Shown here: positions 48,301 to 56,578 of the stretch, piece after piece
How the letters are laid out: every line of letters begins with the position of its first letter
Position numbering within the stretch: the first letter of the stretch is position 1
Source: Myxococcota bacterium
Lineage (GTDB): Bacteria; Myxococcota_A; SURF-8
Assembly: GCA_965140415.1 (NCBI GenBank)
Contig: OZ223209.1
Location: 3,744,001 to 3,808,000, forward strand
DNA length: 64,000 nucleotides
Direction of reading: 5' to 3'
Program-made: the position numbers and the translations under genes
The notes under the pieces: generated by a model
Told to the model about the DNA's origin: nothing
The model's database searches: none
What the model saw: the letters and a program-made list of their open reading frames with translations, nothing else

Positions 48301-50510
48301 AGTTCAAGTATATCGCCTAACTGAATCTGTGCTTGTATCGATTCGAGTCTCTTTCCATAATCTTTTGAATTAAGGTTTTGAATAACTTCCTTGAGTTCGC
48401 GAATTTTTGTGGACATTTCTTTGGCGGTAAAGCGAAGATCTATCTGCTCAGGACCAAATGATAAGTACAGAGAGGACAACTCGTATCTAATATGAGGGAG
48501 GATCCTGTATTGGTTTCGCCGATTATCTACTTTTTCAATGATCACTTCATCGAGAAGATCAAGTATAATCGCAACTAAATCTTGATCAGGATTCAATTCC
48601 TGATCATCAATCAAAAACCGAACATGTTCTATGTCTGACCATGAAAAACCCCGCTCAGAGTATTTCAAAACACAATCTATAATATAGAACAATGAAACAC
48701 AGTCTTTATCGTCCAAATCGATGAAACGATTTTGATGTACCTCAAGTTGTTCTACTATGAAGGAAAAGAACTTGATTTTCTGCATTATTGCAGATGGAAG
48801 AAAGATTAGCTTTGATGAATTAGTCTTATCAATAGTGCAATCAATTCTGCTGCAATCAATAAATTCTACATCTCTAAACAATGAATAATATTCTCGGTAT
48901 ACTTTCCTTGGAATTCCTCTGCCTTTAAATGTCAAATATTGCAATAGATTTCGGATTCTTCGGCAGTGTCTTTCGGTTGCAGGCTGAAGATAATCATTTT
49001 CACTATCAACAAAATACTCTGCGATACTACCGTTCTTCATTGTATGTTGATTGTTGTGAAAGTTGTAATCCAAGCTATTTAATAAAAATGAGATAAATGG
49101 TCTTATCATTAATTCAGGCAAAGCATGCTTTTCCAAAGGATCTTTTTGAGATTCGTCATATACTTTGTATACCGCTTCTTTATCTGTATTATATCTAAGC
49201 CTATCCTGCATAATTAGCCCTCGTAAAAGAATACCTTTAAGTTCACCTACACTGAAACTAGGGAGTAGCATCAACCCTGTATTGTAAGTCCAATATTCTT
49301 TTGAGATACCTAGCACATTAAGCAGAAATTCAAATATACCTGTAACAAGCGTATTGCCGTATAATGACAAGTATGATTTGCACATATGATCATGAAAACC
49401 TGCATCTATTAACCAACACTTGATTAACTCTATTATCCAATGATGAAATCCATAAGTAGCAATTAGCTTACTATTGAAAGTACTGGAGTGATAAAGATTC
49501 TTATAGATTACTGATTCCAGTAGACCGTAACCTTTATACTGATCTTCTTGCCAAATCTCATCAACATCTTTTCCTACAATAAAAATCTGATGTGATGTGG
49601 ATTCTGTTAGAAGAAATTTTATATCCGCAATAATGTTTAATATATAATCACCAATATTGAGATATCTATTTGTAGGATGCTTATCGATTTTCGGTTTAAG
49701 TTTGTCTAATGAATCAAATACAAAGACATATCTATAACCAGCCTTTGATAACCTTTTCAAAACATCATGTAATGCCAACTGGCCACTAAAGGCATCAGTG
49801 TATTCTTTCTCGGGCGTTTCAGTCTTTACATGACTGTGTTCAGTTGGGTTATTATTAGCGAAACGTAGAAAATCACACTGATCGACATTTAAATCTGTCT
49901 CAGTGCTGCAAGTACTCAATGCTGCCATAAAAGATGAAGAGCTATAGAATACTTCTTTCAAACGTGAACAATCCCCTTTAGTAACACACTGTTTTAGTGA
50001 TTGAGAGTACAACTCAAGTATAATGCTCTCGATAAGCGAATCGGTGTTGTACATAGGACTAATATCAACAAGTATTTGCACATAACAGACTCCATTGTTC
50101 CTGGTGGAAGTCGATTCTTCATGCACATTCAGTTCTTTGTCACTTTTGTTGTTGATCTGTTCTCTCTGAAGCTCTGATATCGCGTGATTAACCATACTTG
50201 ATTTTCCTGAGCCACGATACCCAGTAATAAAGATGCTCCCCCCTCTCGAATTACAAATGAAAGACTTCAACAGTTCCGTTTCATTCTCTGGGCAGCAATA
50301 ATGAAAATCTTCAATACTGTTTTTCCGATTATTGCTTTTCCTATAATCCTTTTTGTGCCTATTTGTTGTAAGAAATTGTATATCATTATGAATGCAGATA
50401 TATTCTGCGCTGCTTTTTTGAGTAGGCCACTCCGGAAGCACACAGTCAATTGGTGGGCAAGCATGTTTCTCAAGCTCAATATATATGGTCTCGGAAAGTC
50501 TTTTGCTCAT
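45339..50510 (-). CDS. Large P-loop ATPase (KAP/STAND-like) with TPR-like helical C-terminus
   Basis: Walker A ITGYRGSGKS, Walker B FVFDSLDK, GIPRK; TPR-like segments such as QLGDILELLGQLPDAKLVYSKAI; AGGAG RBS before MSKRL. Confidence 0.75.
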   Translation of the reverse strand: MSKRLSETIYIELEKHACPPIDCVLPEWPTQKSSAEYICIHNDIQFLTTNRHKKDYRKSNNRKNSIEDFHYCCPENETELLKSFICNSRGGSIFITGYRGSGKSSMVNHAISELQREQINNKSDKELNVHEESTSTRNNGVCYVQILVDISPMYNTDSLIESIILELYSQSLKQCVTKGDCSRLKEVFYSSSSFMAALSTCSTETDLNVDQCDFLRFANNNPTEHSHVKTETPEKEYTDAFSGQLALHDVLKRLSKAGYRYVFVFDSLDKLKPKIDKHPTNRYLNIGDYILNIIADIKFLLTESTSHQIFIVGKDVDEIWQEDQYKGYGLLESVIYKNLYHSSTFNSKLIATYGFHHWIIELIKCWLIDAGFHDHMCKSYLSLYGNTLVTGIFEFLLNVLGISKEYWTYNTGLMLLPSFSVGELKGILLRGLIMQDRLRYNTDKEAVYKVYDESQKDPLEKHALPELMIRPFISFLLNSLDYNFHNNQHTMKNGSIAEYFVDSENDYLQPATERHCRRIRNLLQYLTFKGRGIPRKVYREYYSLFRDVEFIDCSRIDCTIDKTNSSKLIFLPSAIMQKIKFFSFIVEQLEVHQNRFIDLDDKDCVSLFYIIDCVLKYSERGFSWSDIEHVRFLIDDQELNPDQDLVAIILDLLDEVIIEKVDNRRNQYRILPHIRYELSSLYLSFGPEQIDLRFTAKEMSTKIRELKEVIQNLNSKDYGKRLESIQAQIQLGDILELLGQLPDAKLVYSKAIRLIRIDLEKILNEIDDNREIQDIFDSISIDGEEIQYSTVFSYLSTSIEAVMKLGYICEVAREFGQALFHHQSALKLLEKIICLLPNDDLSLNLYSSRRTMEGIRENNHRSSNELRRLVREKLAFNDESTSIFHNFQFVSNKLHPRCTGLNIGFEFEIIPEIINSAAILVEKQWNRHEANRFLLDALEYFQWSYDTVSYFNQIVSIGEIMIRRRDMGIAANCYMMALNRGIAKRRSNTNKEMQSNLLLNTINFARLFEYLGDVVFATHGIALLETDDIELISKNTNDDESQKQIKLALSNIINNTRRTLGVQDIFDFDDLVYYYNQANKYYAKNSLGLRECDVLLKILEVRYMEIVENTHNLDLPARNSNSAEWDFWLSHNYAKVGELVLKWCMYCGVIHKLQNLLAGSSISSLCDVASKRVIDRRRIGKLYYAIGKLLVFLCEHDVDMLLLGEFSSEIGDNYDWISCKLWKRKYRKKYLNIATQQYIDNQENFSRKHEDYNLPPTEYNRTLYDYTDLNLALQKLEQAYIFLTNCPDFKWNNNTFIAGGIGPESVLWNISSKSWQYMTQEVANGLLLGGLYHIVDKIICLLEDKHLNDSTISSFEEIKQQLKVLCRAEMAYQGSNLYFEDSIKDNDAAKSSQELGILYLSAIRILAHIRHLSIESKIDSCPIEIIEEQNSLHTGGYHVDDYLALYYSFLHIASKRYLTRAIDTYYQDKSPYKEKSGAQIALGDLMLIRSDAIRCADQGKYRNRKQGVGSIVGTLKGFNKKWKALNSILNRQSMHVSDVQIEDLLQQSVEAYKHALEHCLKEIEQYIKRYPFSNDAYLAHHNVMGREKHFDVCQAVHFRHWDPFNSAHNVGMDGKVAANKLFQTQRLISHCLFNLHPVLKDSGIKSSQFKQILELLFLIGHRSPFITIINLDEGNMKDEVSLEIQWSVVSRCTRKGGSLNRLSSKYEALLPTKYFFRSYDRGI

Positions 50511-50605
50511 CAAAACTCCTACGAACAAGAAGGTAATATCTATTTAATTGATTGCGATATGATCTCTTAAAAGCATCTCTGACCTGACCCCGATAATGAC
50601 GCCAG

Positions 50606-51466
50606 TCATTGTGGTAGACCCGGATCAGCCGATTGACTTTGGAGACCCCAGATATCTCCGATGGCAATCGGCGGCACAATCGATTCCAGCGCCGGTGGTT
50701 TGTAACCCAACGCACTGTGTGGTCGCACCGTGTTGTACTCAAGACGCCAATTCTCGATCAGTACCTGAGCCTCCTTCAAGGTATCAAACAATTCACGATT
50801 CAGCAATTCATCCCGTAACTTCCCATTGAAACTTTCCACGTAGCCATTCTCCCAGGGACTCCCCGGTTCGATATACAAGGGCTTGACCGAGAGCGTTTTC
50901 AGCCAGACCCTGACTGCCTTTGCCGTAAACTCGGCTCCATTGTCACTGCGGATATGCTTCGGAATGCCACGTCGAATAAACAGATCGTCCAGTGTTCGTA
51001 ACACGTCTTGAGAATTCAGGTTTCGCTTGACTGTCAATGCCAGACATTCCCGACTGTACTCGTCGATCACACACAAAATTCGGATCGCACGGCCATCACG
51101 TGTACGATCCTGCACGAAATCATAGCTCCAGACATGGTCGGCAAACTCGGGCTTGAGCCGAATACAGCTGCCATCGTTCAACCACAAGCGACCTCGCTTC
51201 GGCTGTTTCTTCGGTACCTTCAACCCCTCCTGTCGCCAGATACGCGCCACGCGTTTGTGGTTCACCCGCCAGCCGTCATTTCTCAGCAACGCCGTAATTC
51301 GTCGATAGCCATAGCGTCCATAGCGACTGGCCAATTCGATAATGGCTCGCGTTAAAAGAAACTCATCTGAACGAGAAATCCGAGTTCTTCGTTGAGTGGA
51401 GCGGGGTTGCCCCAACACAAAACAGGCCCGGCGCTCGGAAACGTGCTGGCTGGCCATCACGTGCAT
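50606..51466 (-). CDS. IS3 transposase OrfB (DDE)
   Basis: RYGYRRI, WSYDF, IRSDNGAEF, PGSPWENGYVESFNGKLRDE, YNTVRPHSALGY. Confidence 0.95.
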   Translation of the reverse strand: MHVMASQHVSERRACFVLGQPRSTQRRTRISRSDEFLLTRAIIELASRYGRYGYRRITALLRNDGWRVNHKRVARIWRQEGLKVPKKQPKRGRLWLNDGSCIRLKPEFADHVWSYDFVQDRTRDGRAIRILCVIDEYSRECLALTVKRNLNSQDVLRTLDDLFIRRGIPKHIRSDNGAEFTAKAVRVWLKTLSVKPLYIEPGSPWENGYVESFNGKLRDELLNRELFDTLKEAQVLIENWRLEYNTVRPHSALGYKPPALESIVPPIAIGDIWGLQSQSADPGLPQ

Positions 51467-51492
51467 GACCGCTGCTTTCCGTTTGGCCGGGC

Positions 51493-51768
51493 TTAAAACT
51501 TTCCCTCGGCGACTTCCTTCAGGATCGCCTTGTCCAGGGACAGATCCGCCACCAGCTTTTTCAGACGGGCATTCTCGTCCTCAAGTTCTCGAAGGTGTTT
51601 GGCCTGGTCGAGATTCAATCGGCCATACTCCTTGCGCCAACGGTAGTAAGTTTGCTCCGATACGCCAATGGCCTTGACCGATTGCGCCACTGTTTGACCT
51701 TGGGATTGCAGTACTTCCGCTTTGCGCAACTGCCGGATGATATTTTCGATACTCGTTCGCTTCGCCAT
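51493..51768 (-). CDS. IS3 transposase OrfA
   Basis: GVSEQTYYRWRKEYG...LEDENARLKKLVADLSLDK. Confidence 0.95.
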   Translation of the reverse strand: MAKRTSIENIIRQLRKAEVLQSQGQTVAQSVKAIGVSEQTYYRWRKEYGRLNLDQAKHLRELEDENARLKKLVADLSLDKAILKEVAEGKF

Positions 51769-51842
51769 AACCTTGCCTCCTATAATGGAATTCCAGCTGA
51801 AGTCTAACATCATTACTGGATTCTCGTTAGGGGGTCAGGTCA

Positions 51843-52093
51843 GATTCAAATGGTAAAAGATATTGCTCATGCGTTGAATATCCAGGAACAGCACTATTTT
51901 TATAAAGGATCATTCCGCGACGATTTTCCTCATCACAAAGTCCCATCCATTGTCCTGAACAACTGCATTCGAACAGCCAAGTCTTATTTTTGTGATCCGC
52001 TGGTTTAACCATATCTCCTTTTGAAATAAGATGTTTTTCACAAAAGTGATTGAAAATTACGAGCTTGTGGCCTAAAGAAAGAAACCTACTCAT
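51843..52093 (-). pseudogene. Small hypothetical ORF whose 3' end runs into the IS3 end
   Basis: ORF 52093-51827 takes its last codons and stop from the IS terminal repeat. Confidence 0.4.
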
Positions 52094-52340
52094 TTTTTAC
52101 CATTTAGGGAATAGTCGCTAACATAACTCCAAGGTAAAAGATCAGATAAATCTTTGAAAGACAATCGATGAACAATATTCGTTTTCTTGCCGGGTTTTGC
52201 ATCATTTCGATATAAATACCATGCATTTTCTTTATCTGACCTCCTTACTCCACCCCATACATTCCCGTCGGCCCCTTGCCATTCCCAATCGCCATTTTTT
52301 TTTAATCATGATGAATGTACATTTTATTACCTTTCTAACT

Positions 52341-52380
52341 AAAGTAAACCGGTCCCCACAATCTGGTTTGCAAGGACCGG
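52341..52380 (-). terminator. Rho-independent terminator
   Basis: Minus-strand stem CCGGTCCTTGCAA/TTGTGGGGACCGG (G-U pairs), then TTTACTTT, just after the 52391 stop. Confidence 0.7.
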
Positions 52381-52390
52381 AAAATAATTG

Positions 52391-52702
52391 TTACGCTTCC
52401 TCGATTTCGAAATACTTGGCAGCAATATCTGTATCCACATCATGTTCTTCCATCCACCCCAGAATTTCATCATTTTCAGATAGTGCTTTTAGAAATTGTC
52501 CACTTGTCAGACCGTCATCGCATATTTTGGCGACAGGACTCAATGGCCCTCCCTCGCCATAGATGAACCATCTTCCATTTTTTGATTTATACAATGATTC
52601 CTCATGCCACTGGGCTTTGCTTTTTGATAAGCCATTATCCCAACTCCAAATGAGTTCAGCAGTTTCTGTGTTATACGATTTTCCATTAACTAATTTTTTC
52701 AT
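52391..52702 (-). CDS. Hypothetical mobile-element protein
   Basis: NGKSYNTETAELI...ESLYKSKNGRWFIYGEGG pattern seen in phage and element small proteins; RBS and terminator present. Confidence 0.7.
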   Translation of the reverse strand: MKKLVNGKSYNTETAELIWSWDNGLSKSKAQWHEESLYKSKNGRWFIYGEGGPLSPVAKICDDGLTSGQFLKALSENDEILGWMEEHDVDTDIAAKYFEIEEA

Positions 52703-53014
52703 GATATTTTATCCTTTCAATCATGATGTTATAAACAGGCAAAAACCATTTTTGCCAACGCTTGTACTACCCTTTTTGGGGGAGTTGATTCAGCCATGGC
52801 TGTAAAGGCAGAGAGAATATTGCTAAGATCAACTCAGCAGCATTCGCCGAATTTGATAAGGTGATGAATTGATAGTGCTTTTCGTGTTCTACTGTGCGAG
52901 TAAAAAAGAAAGGACTGGTTAAAAAAAACAGAAAGAACTTACCTTCAAAAAATAAGATGAAAAATATTTGGTGCCCCTAGATTCATAAAATCCTTTTAGT
53001 AATGATAAAATATT

Positions 53015-53506
53015 TTAAAACCCAAATGATAACTGAGGGTTGCCAGGCTGATGGGCGAAAACAGGTGCTTTGTCTGATACATCATTCACGGGGTCAGGGG
53101 ATTGATCTGAATTGGTGCCCTTTTTAAATGAAGTTTGAACACTTTCTAGATTCAAAATGAAGCGCAGGTCTTCTGGAGGCAGGGGGAGTTCGGAAATCCA
53201 CCCGTTCTCCCACCACCAAACAAGCGCCATACGAATAATACGCCTGATTTGCTCAATGCTATTACTCGCACGGGGCACCAGTTTTCCTCGTTTTGCAGAT
53301 TTCATACGGACATGATCGCTTGAGAAGAACTCAGAGATCTCAACGGTTCGAATTTCGTGAATTGGCAGGTCATTGCCTAGGGTTGAGGATAGCAACGACA
53401 GAATTCGCTTTGCGGTGTTCACGGTAGTTGGTTTCTGCCCCTGCTCGGAAAGATTGTTGCAATACATGTCCACAGCGTATTTCAGATTTCTTTGAATCAT
53501 TGTCAT
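53015..53506 (-). CDS. Stand-alone integrase core-binding (SAM-like) domain protein, no catalytic domain
   Basis: LKYAVDMY...GQKPTTVNT...IHEIRTVEISEF...ASNSIEQIRRIIRMALVW...GWISELP; no R-H-x-x-R-Y residues. Confidence 0.55.
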   Translation of the reverse strand: MTMIQRNLKYAVDMYCNNLSEQGQKPTTVNTAKRILSLLSSTLGNDLPIHEIRTVEISEFFSSDHVRMKSAKRGKLVPRASNSIEQIRRIIRMALVWWWENGWISELPLPPEDLRFILNLESVQTSFKKGTNSDQSPDPVNDVSDKAPVFAHQPGNPQLSFGF

Positions 53507-53521
53507 AACCTTTCTAGCGGG

Positions 53522-54190
53522 TTACCCAATGTGTTGATTTTCAATATGCCCGCACGCATCTTCATTCAAACCGGTAAGGCAGTTCCATGCCTTTCGGGTC
53601 AAATGCAGATTTGCGGTCAGAATACATTCCGGCCAATGTTTGTCCGTCATGTAATCGATGCTAATCAATCCAGCGTTAACCAATGGTGGCAGTAAATCAC
53701 GAGCCTCGATCCATCCCTGTAATGAATCAGGTTGACAGATAAGGTTCAATATTTCCTCAACAACCATGGTCTGGAAGAGATTGGCGGGTTGGATGATTTT
53801 ACTCAGCATATTTCCAGAAATGCTTCCAATAAGGAGCAGAGTCAAAATTAGACGCTGCTCACCGTTCAATTTGTGGATGCATTCCAGTGCTTGAATTCCT
53901 AAGTAATTGTCTCCATATGCCATGCGGGTTTGTGACAAGCGTTCATCGATGATGGCGCGGATTTCTAGTGCTTTCATGTTCGATTGTTCCATGAGGTGAA
54001 GTAGATTTTCCTTCTGCACTCTTTCAATTATTCCAATTGTCTTTTTCTCATGTACTTGGGATTCCATCGAATTTAACTCGTCAAGCCGTTCTTTGATGCC
54101 AATAAGCTCGGCCTTAGCCTGCAAATATTCAGCCTCTGCATCGAGGTATTCCAGGTCAGATTCATACGGAAGTACGTTTTTGGGGGACAT
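53522..54190 (-). CDS. Hypothetical protein (coiled coil plus possible winged helix)
   Basis: 222-aa ORF with AGGAG RBS, downstream of the RT; LPPLVNAGLISI...LHLTRKAW resembles a wHTH end. Confidence 0.6.
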   Translation of the reverse strand: MSPKNVLPYESDLEYLDAEAEYLQAKAELIGIKERLDELNSMESQVHEKKTIGIIERVQKENLLHLMEQSNMKALEIRAIIDERLSQTRMAYGDNYLGIQALECIHKLNGEQRLILTLLLIGSISGNMLSKIIQPANLFQTMVVEEILNLICQPDSLQGWIEARDLLPPLVNAGLISIDYMTDKHWPECILTANLHLTRKAWNCLTGLNEDACGHIENQHIG

Positions 54191-54295
54191 TATTATCTCC
54201 TACGAATGCTGGGGAGGACTGTTCCTCTAGTTCTATTACACAGGATTCGGAAGAGTTTAAAGAAATAATATTCTGAAGAAAGAGTTTGTTGTAAA

Positions 54296-56578
54296 TTAAA
54301 AGATTGTTCCGATCAGCCAATCAAAATCTTTTACCCATTGCCAATTTTCGAGGATAACCTTCGCATCGGATAATGCAGTTTGCCTTGGTTGGGTTTTCTC
54401 CAACACCAGATTTTCCAGATTTCTGGAAAATTGAAGGGCTAGAGTTTTTGGGTTGATATTCTTGATCAGTTTACATATTGACTCAATCCTAGCAATTGTC
54501 GGGTTGATAGAGTCTACGTTGACTGTAATATGCTGAATCGCGCCATTGTATCGATAGTAAAGAATAAACACTCTGGCATTGGATTTGCTTCTCTTAGCAT
54601 TCAGGACTATTAAATCAGTCTTGGGAATACTCCGTTTTCTCTCTGGTGGTTTTCTGGTAGCAGCTTGTTTTTCTCGTTTAAAATGAATGATAAGGCCGTT
54701 TTCTGTTGTAGATCTGCTGATTTCATTCAATCCATCGAAAACACTTTCCTCGCAATGCCAGCAATTACCGGGATGGATGAGGAACGCAACTCTACCTAAG
54801 ATACTTCCAACCCGAGCCAATTGATGGATAGCCCATGGAATTCTCCATTCCGGAACTTCCTGATCAAGTTCACGTAAATCAAAGGGGATCGGGTGGAGAT
54901 TTCCTTTTCTCTGAGAATTCTTCCAGTCCAGAGGCCGGTAATAATTTCCCGCGCTTAATCGTTTCCCTCCTTTCAACAGATCTAAATCTTCTGGTCGTAT
55001 GGATTGAAATACGGGATCTAGTGAGGTGAGGAAATGTTCTTCCTCATCCCCACCATAACCGGGAGTTACCCCAGCCTCGGAGCCGATTCGTAAATCATTT
55101 CTCCTACCGTTATTAATCACAATAATATTAACTTCTCTTTTAAGGAGACTACCCACCTTATTATTGGGATTTAGCGTATTTATCCTGAGTTCATGAGACA
55201 GATCATATAAACTGGAACCTAGATAATTCCAGATTTGATCGTTACCACAATGAAATTCACTATAGAGCGAATCTATAGATTCTTCCTCCATATCAGATAG
55301 AACATTATCATCTTTGGACATCAGGAGGGATAGGGTACACAACCCTTCTTCCGGATATTCATCCTTTACCAAGGAAGATCCTTGGCGGATGACCGGGCCG
55401 CAGGCCCCCTCATCGCCGGTGGGAGGCGATGATGAACTGGGGACAATATTGAAATATTTCTTAAAATATGTCTTTGAAATTGACTTGTAGGTTGAACTCT
55501 TCCTTATTTGATTGAGGCTTGGATTTGGAGATAGGCAGGATTTCAACTGTTCCAATTTATTAGAAGTTAATCCGATTTCATCCTTATTTACGTAAAACGT
55601 TTTTATCAACTCCGCTGGTTCATTTTCTGTGTTGAAAATTTTCGTTGATTTTCCCTCTGTTCCAATCGGACGGATATTTCTAAATCCCAAACCATACATA
55701 ATTTCTGAACAAATACAAAATCCTTCTCTAGCTTTCTCCCGAGTGGCGGCAGGGATTATAATATCATCACCATAGCAGGCTAAATGGAAACCGGATTTCT
55801 TCATTTCCTTCGCAATCTTGCTCATCACGAGATTAAAGATCAGTGGAGAAATAGGATTGCCCTGCTCTATTCCTTTCCCATGAGATTTGTAAAGTTTTCC
55901 ATCGGGTAGTCTTGTTCTGATACTTGCGAGTGCTACCAAATGTCTCCTAGCCGAATGATTCAACCCCAATTCTTTTAGCGTCGAATGGATTGCTCGATGC
56001 GGAAGCTGACCGAACGCATCTGTAAGATCTAATGAAACAACCCAAGGTCCGTGATTCCGAATGAGATTCAGAACAGTCCCTGCGAAAATGTCCTGAATAG
56101 TGATCCCATCAGGTCTATTTCTATAAGCTTCAAATTCACTCACTCCTCGAAACGCCACGATGGTAGGCTCTAAATAACCTTTCTGATTCGCTCTTTCTTG
56201 CAGGAAATGACGATGGTAAATAGAATACAATCTCTTCATCTCTGAGGGCATATCTATAGGACGGAGTTTACCGTTCTGTTTTGGTTCATATCTGCGGTGA
56301 CTTGTCATGAAATCCAACCAATGGTCCAAATCATTCAATTTCCAAGCCAGATCGTTGAAGAACCGAATATCCATTGCCATTGCTTTATCATGAATCATTC
56401 TCTTGCTGTGGCCGTTCTCATCTAGATAATCTACTCCACCATTGTGATGAACCTTTTCTTCAGAGAGGGGATCTGCGGACAGCATCGAATAGGCAATGTT
56501 CATCAATTGCTCACCGTTAACAGGCGGTATGAATCGCTCTGGTTTTATTGGTAAAAATTCTTTCCAATCCACGCTCAT
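54296..56578 (-). CDS. Reverse transcriptase, divergent group II-like, 760 aa with long C-terminal extension
   Basis: GGVD, RRYEPKQNGKLRPIDMP, VAFRG, WVVSLDLTDAFGQLPH, GIEQGNPISPLIFNL, CYGDDIII; start set at the ATGA overlap with the upstream gene. Confidence 0.9.
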   Translation of the reverse strand: MSVDWKEFLPIKPERFIPPVNGEQLMNIAYSMLSADPLSEEKVHHNGGVDYLDENGHSKRMIHDKAMAMDIRFFNDLAWKLNDLDHWLDFMTSHRRYEPKQNGKLRPIDMPSEMKRLYSIYHRHFLQERANQKGYLEPTIVAFRGVSEFEAYRNRPDGITIQDIFAGTVLNLIRNHGPWVVSLDLTDAFGQLPHRAIHSTLKELGLNHSARRHLVALASIRTRLPDGKLYKSHGKGIEQGNPISPLIFNLVMSKIAKEMKKSGFHLACYGDDIIIPAATREKAREGFCICSEIMYGLGFRNIRPIGTEGKSTKIFNTENEPAELIKTFYVNKDEIGLTSNKLEQLKSCLSPNPSLNQIRKSSTYKSISKTYFKKYFNIVPSSSSPPTGDEGACGPVIRQGSSLVKDEYPEEGLCTLSLLMSKDDNVLSDMEEESIDSLYSEFHCGNDQIWNYLGSSLYDLSHELRINTLNPNNKVGSLLKREVNIIVINNGRRNDLRIGSEAGVTPGYGGDEEEHFLTSLDPVFQSIRPEDLDLLKGGKRLSAGNYYRPLDWKNSQRKGNLHPIPFDLRELDQEVPEWRIPWAIHQLARVGSILGRVAFLIHPGNCWHCEESVFDGLNEISRSTTENGLIIHFKREKQAATRKPPERKRSIPKTDLIVLNAKRSKSNARVFILYYRYNGAIQHITVNVDSINPTIARIESICKLIKNINPKTLALQFSRNLENLVLEKTQPRQTALSDAKVILENWQWVKDFDWLIGTIF

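Larger units (their letters stand above)
50580..51842 (-). mobile_element. IS3-family insertion sequence (IS407-like), 1263 bp
   Basis: Termini TGACCTGACCCC...GGGGTCAGGTCA; orfA and orfB joined by a probable -1 frameshift near GGGAAAG; no target duplication visible. Confidence 0.95.

Noticed and set aside
53015-53506. The island's integrase
   Set aside because: Only 163 aa and lacks the tyrosine-recombinase catalytic residues
54190-54296. Group II intron RNA downstream of the RT
   Set aside because: No domain V/VI-like hairpin follows the stop, and the RT start is coupled to an upstream gene, leaving no room for domains I-III
54296-56578. Retron
   Set aside because: No NAxxH or VTG motif and no non-coding gap directly upstream for msr-msd
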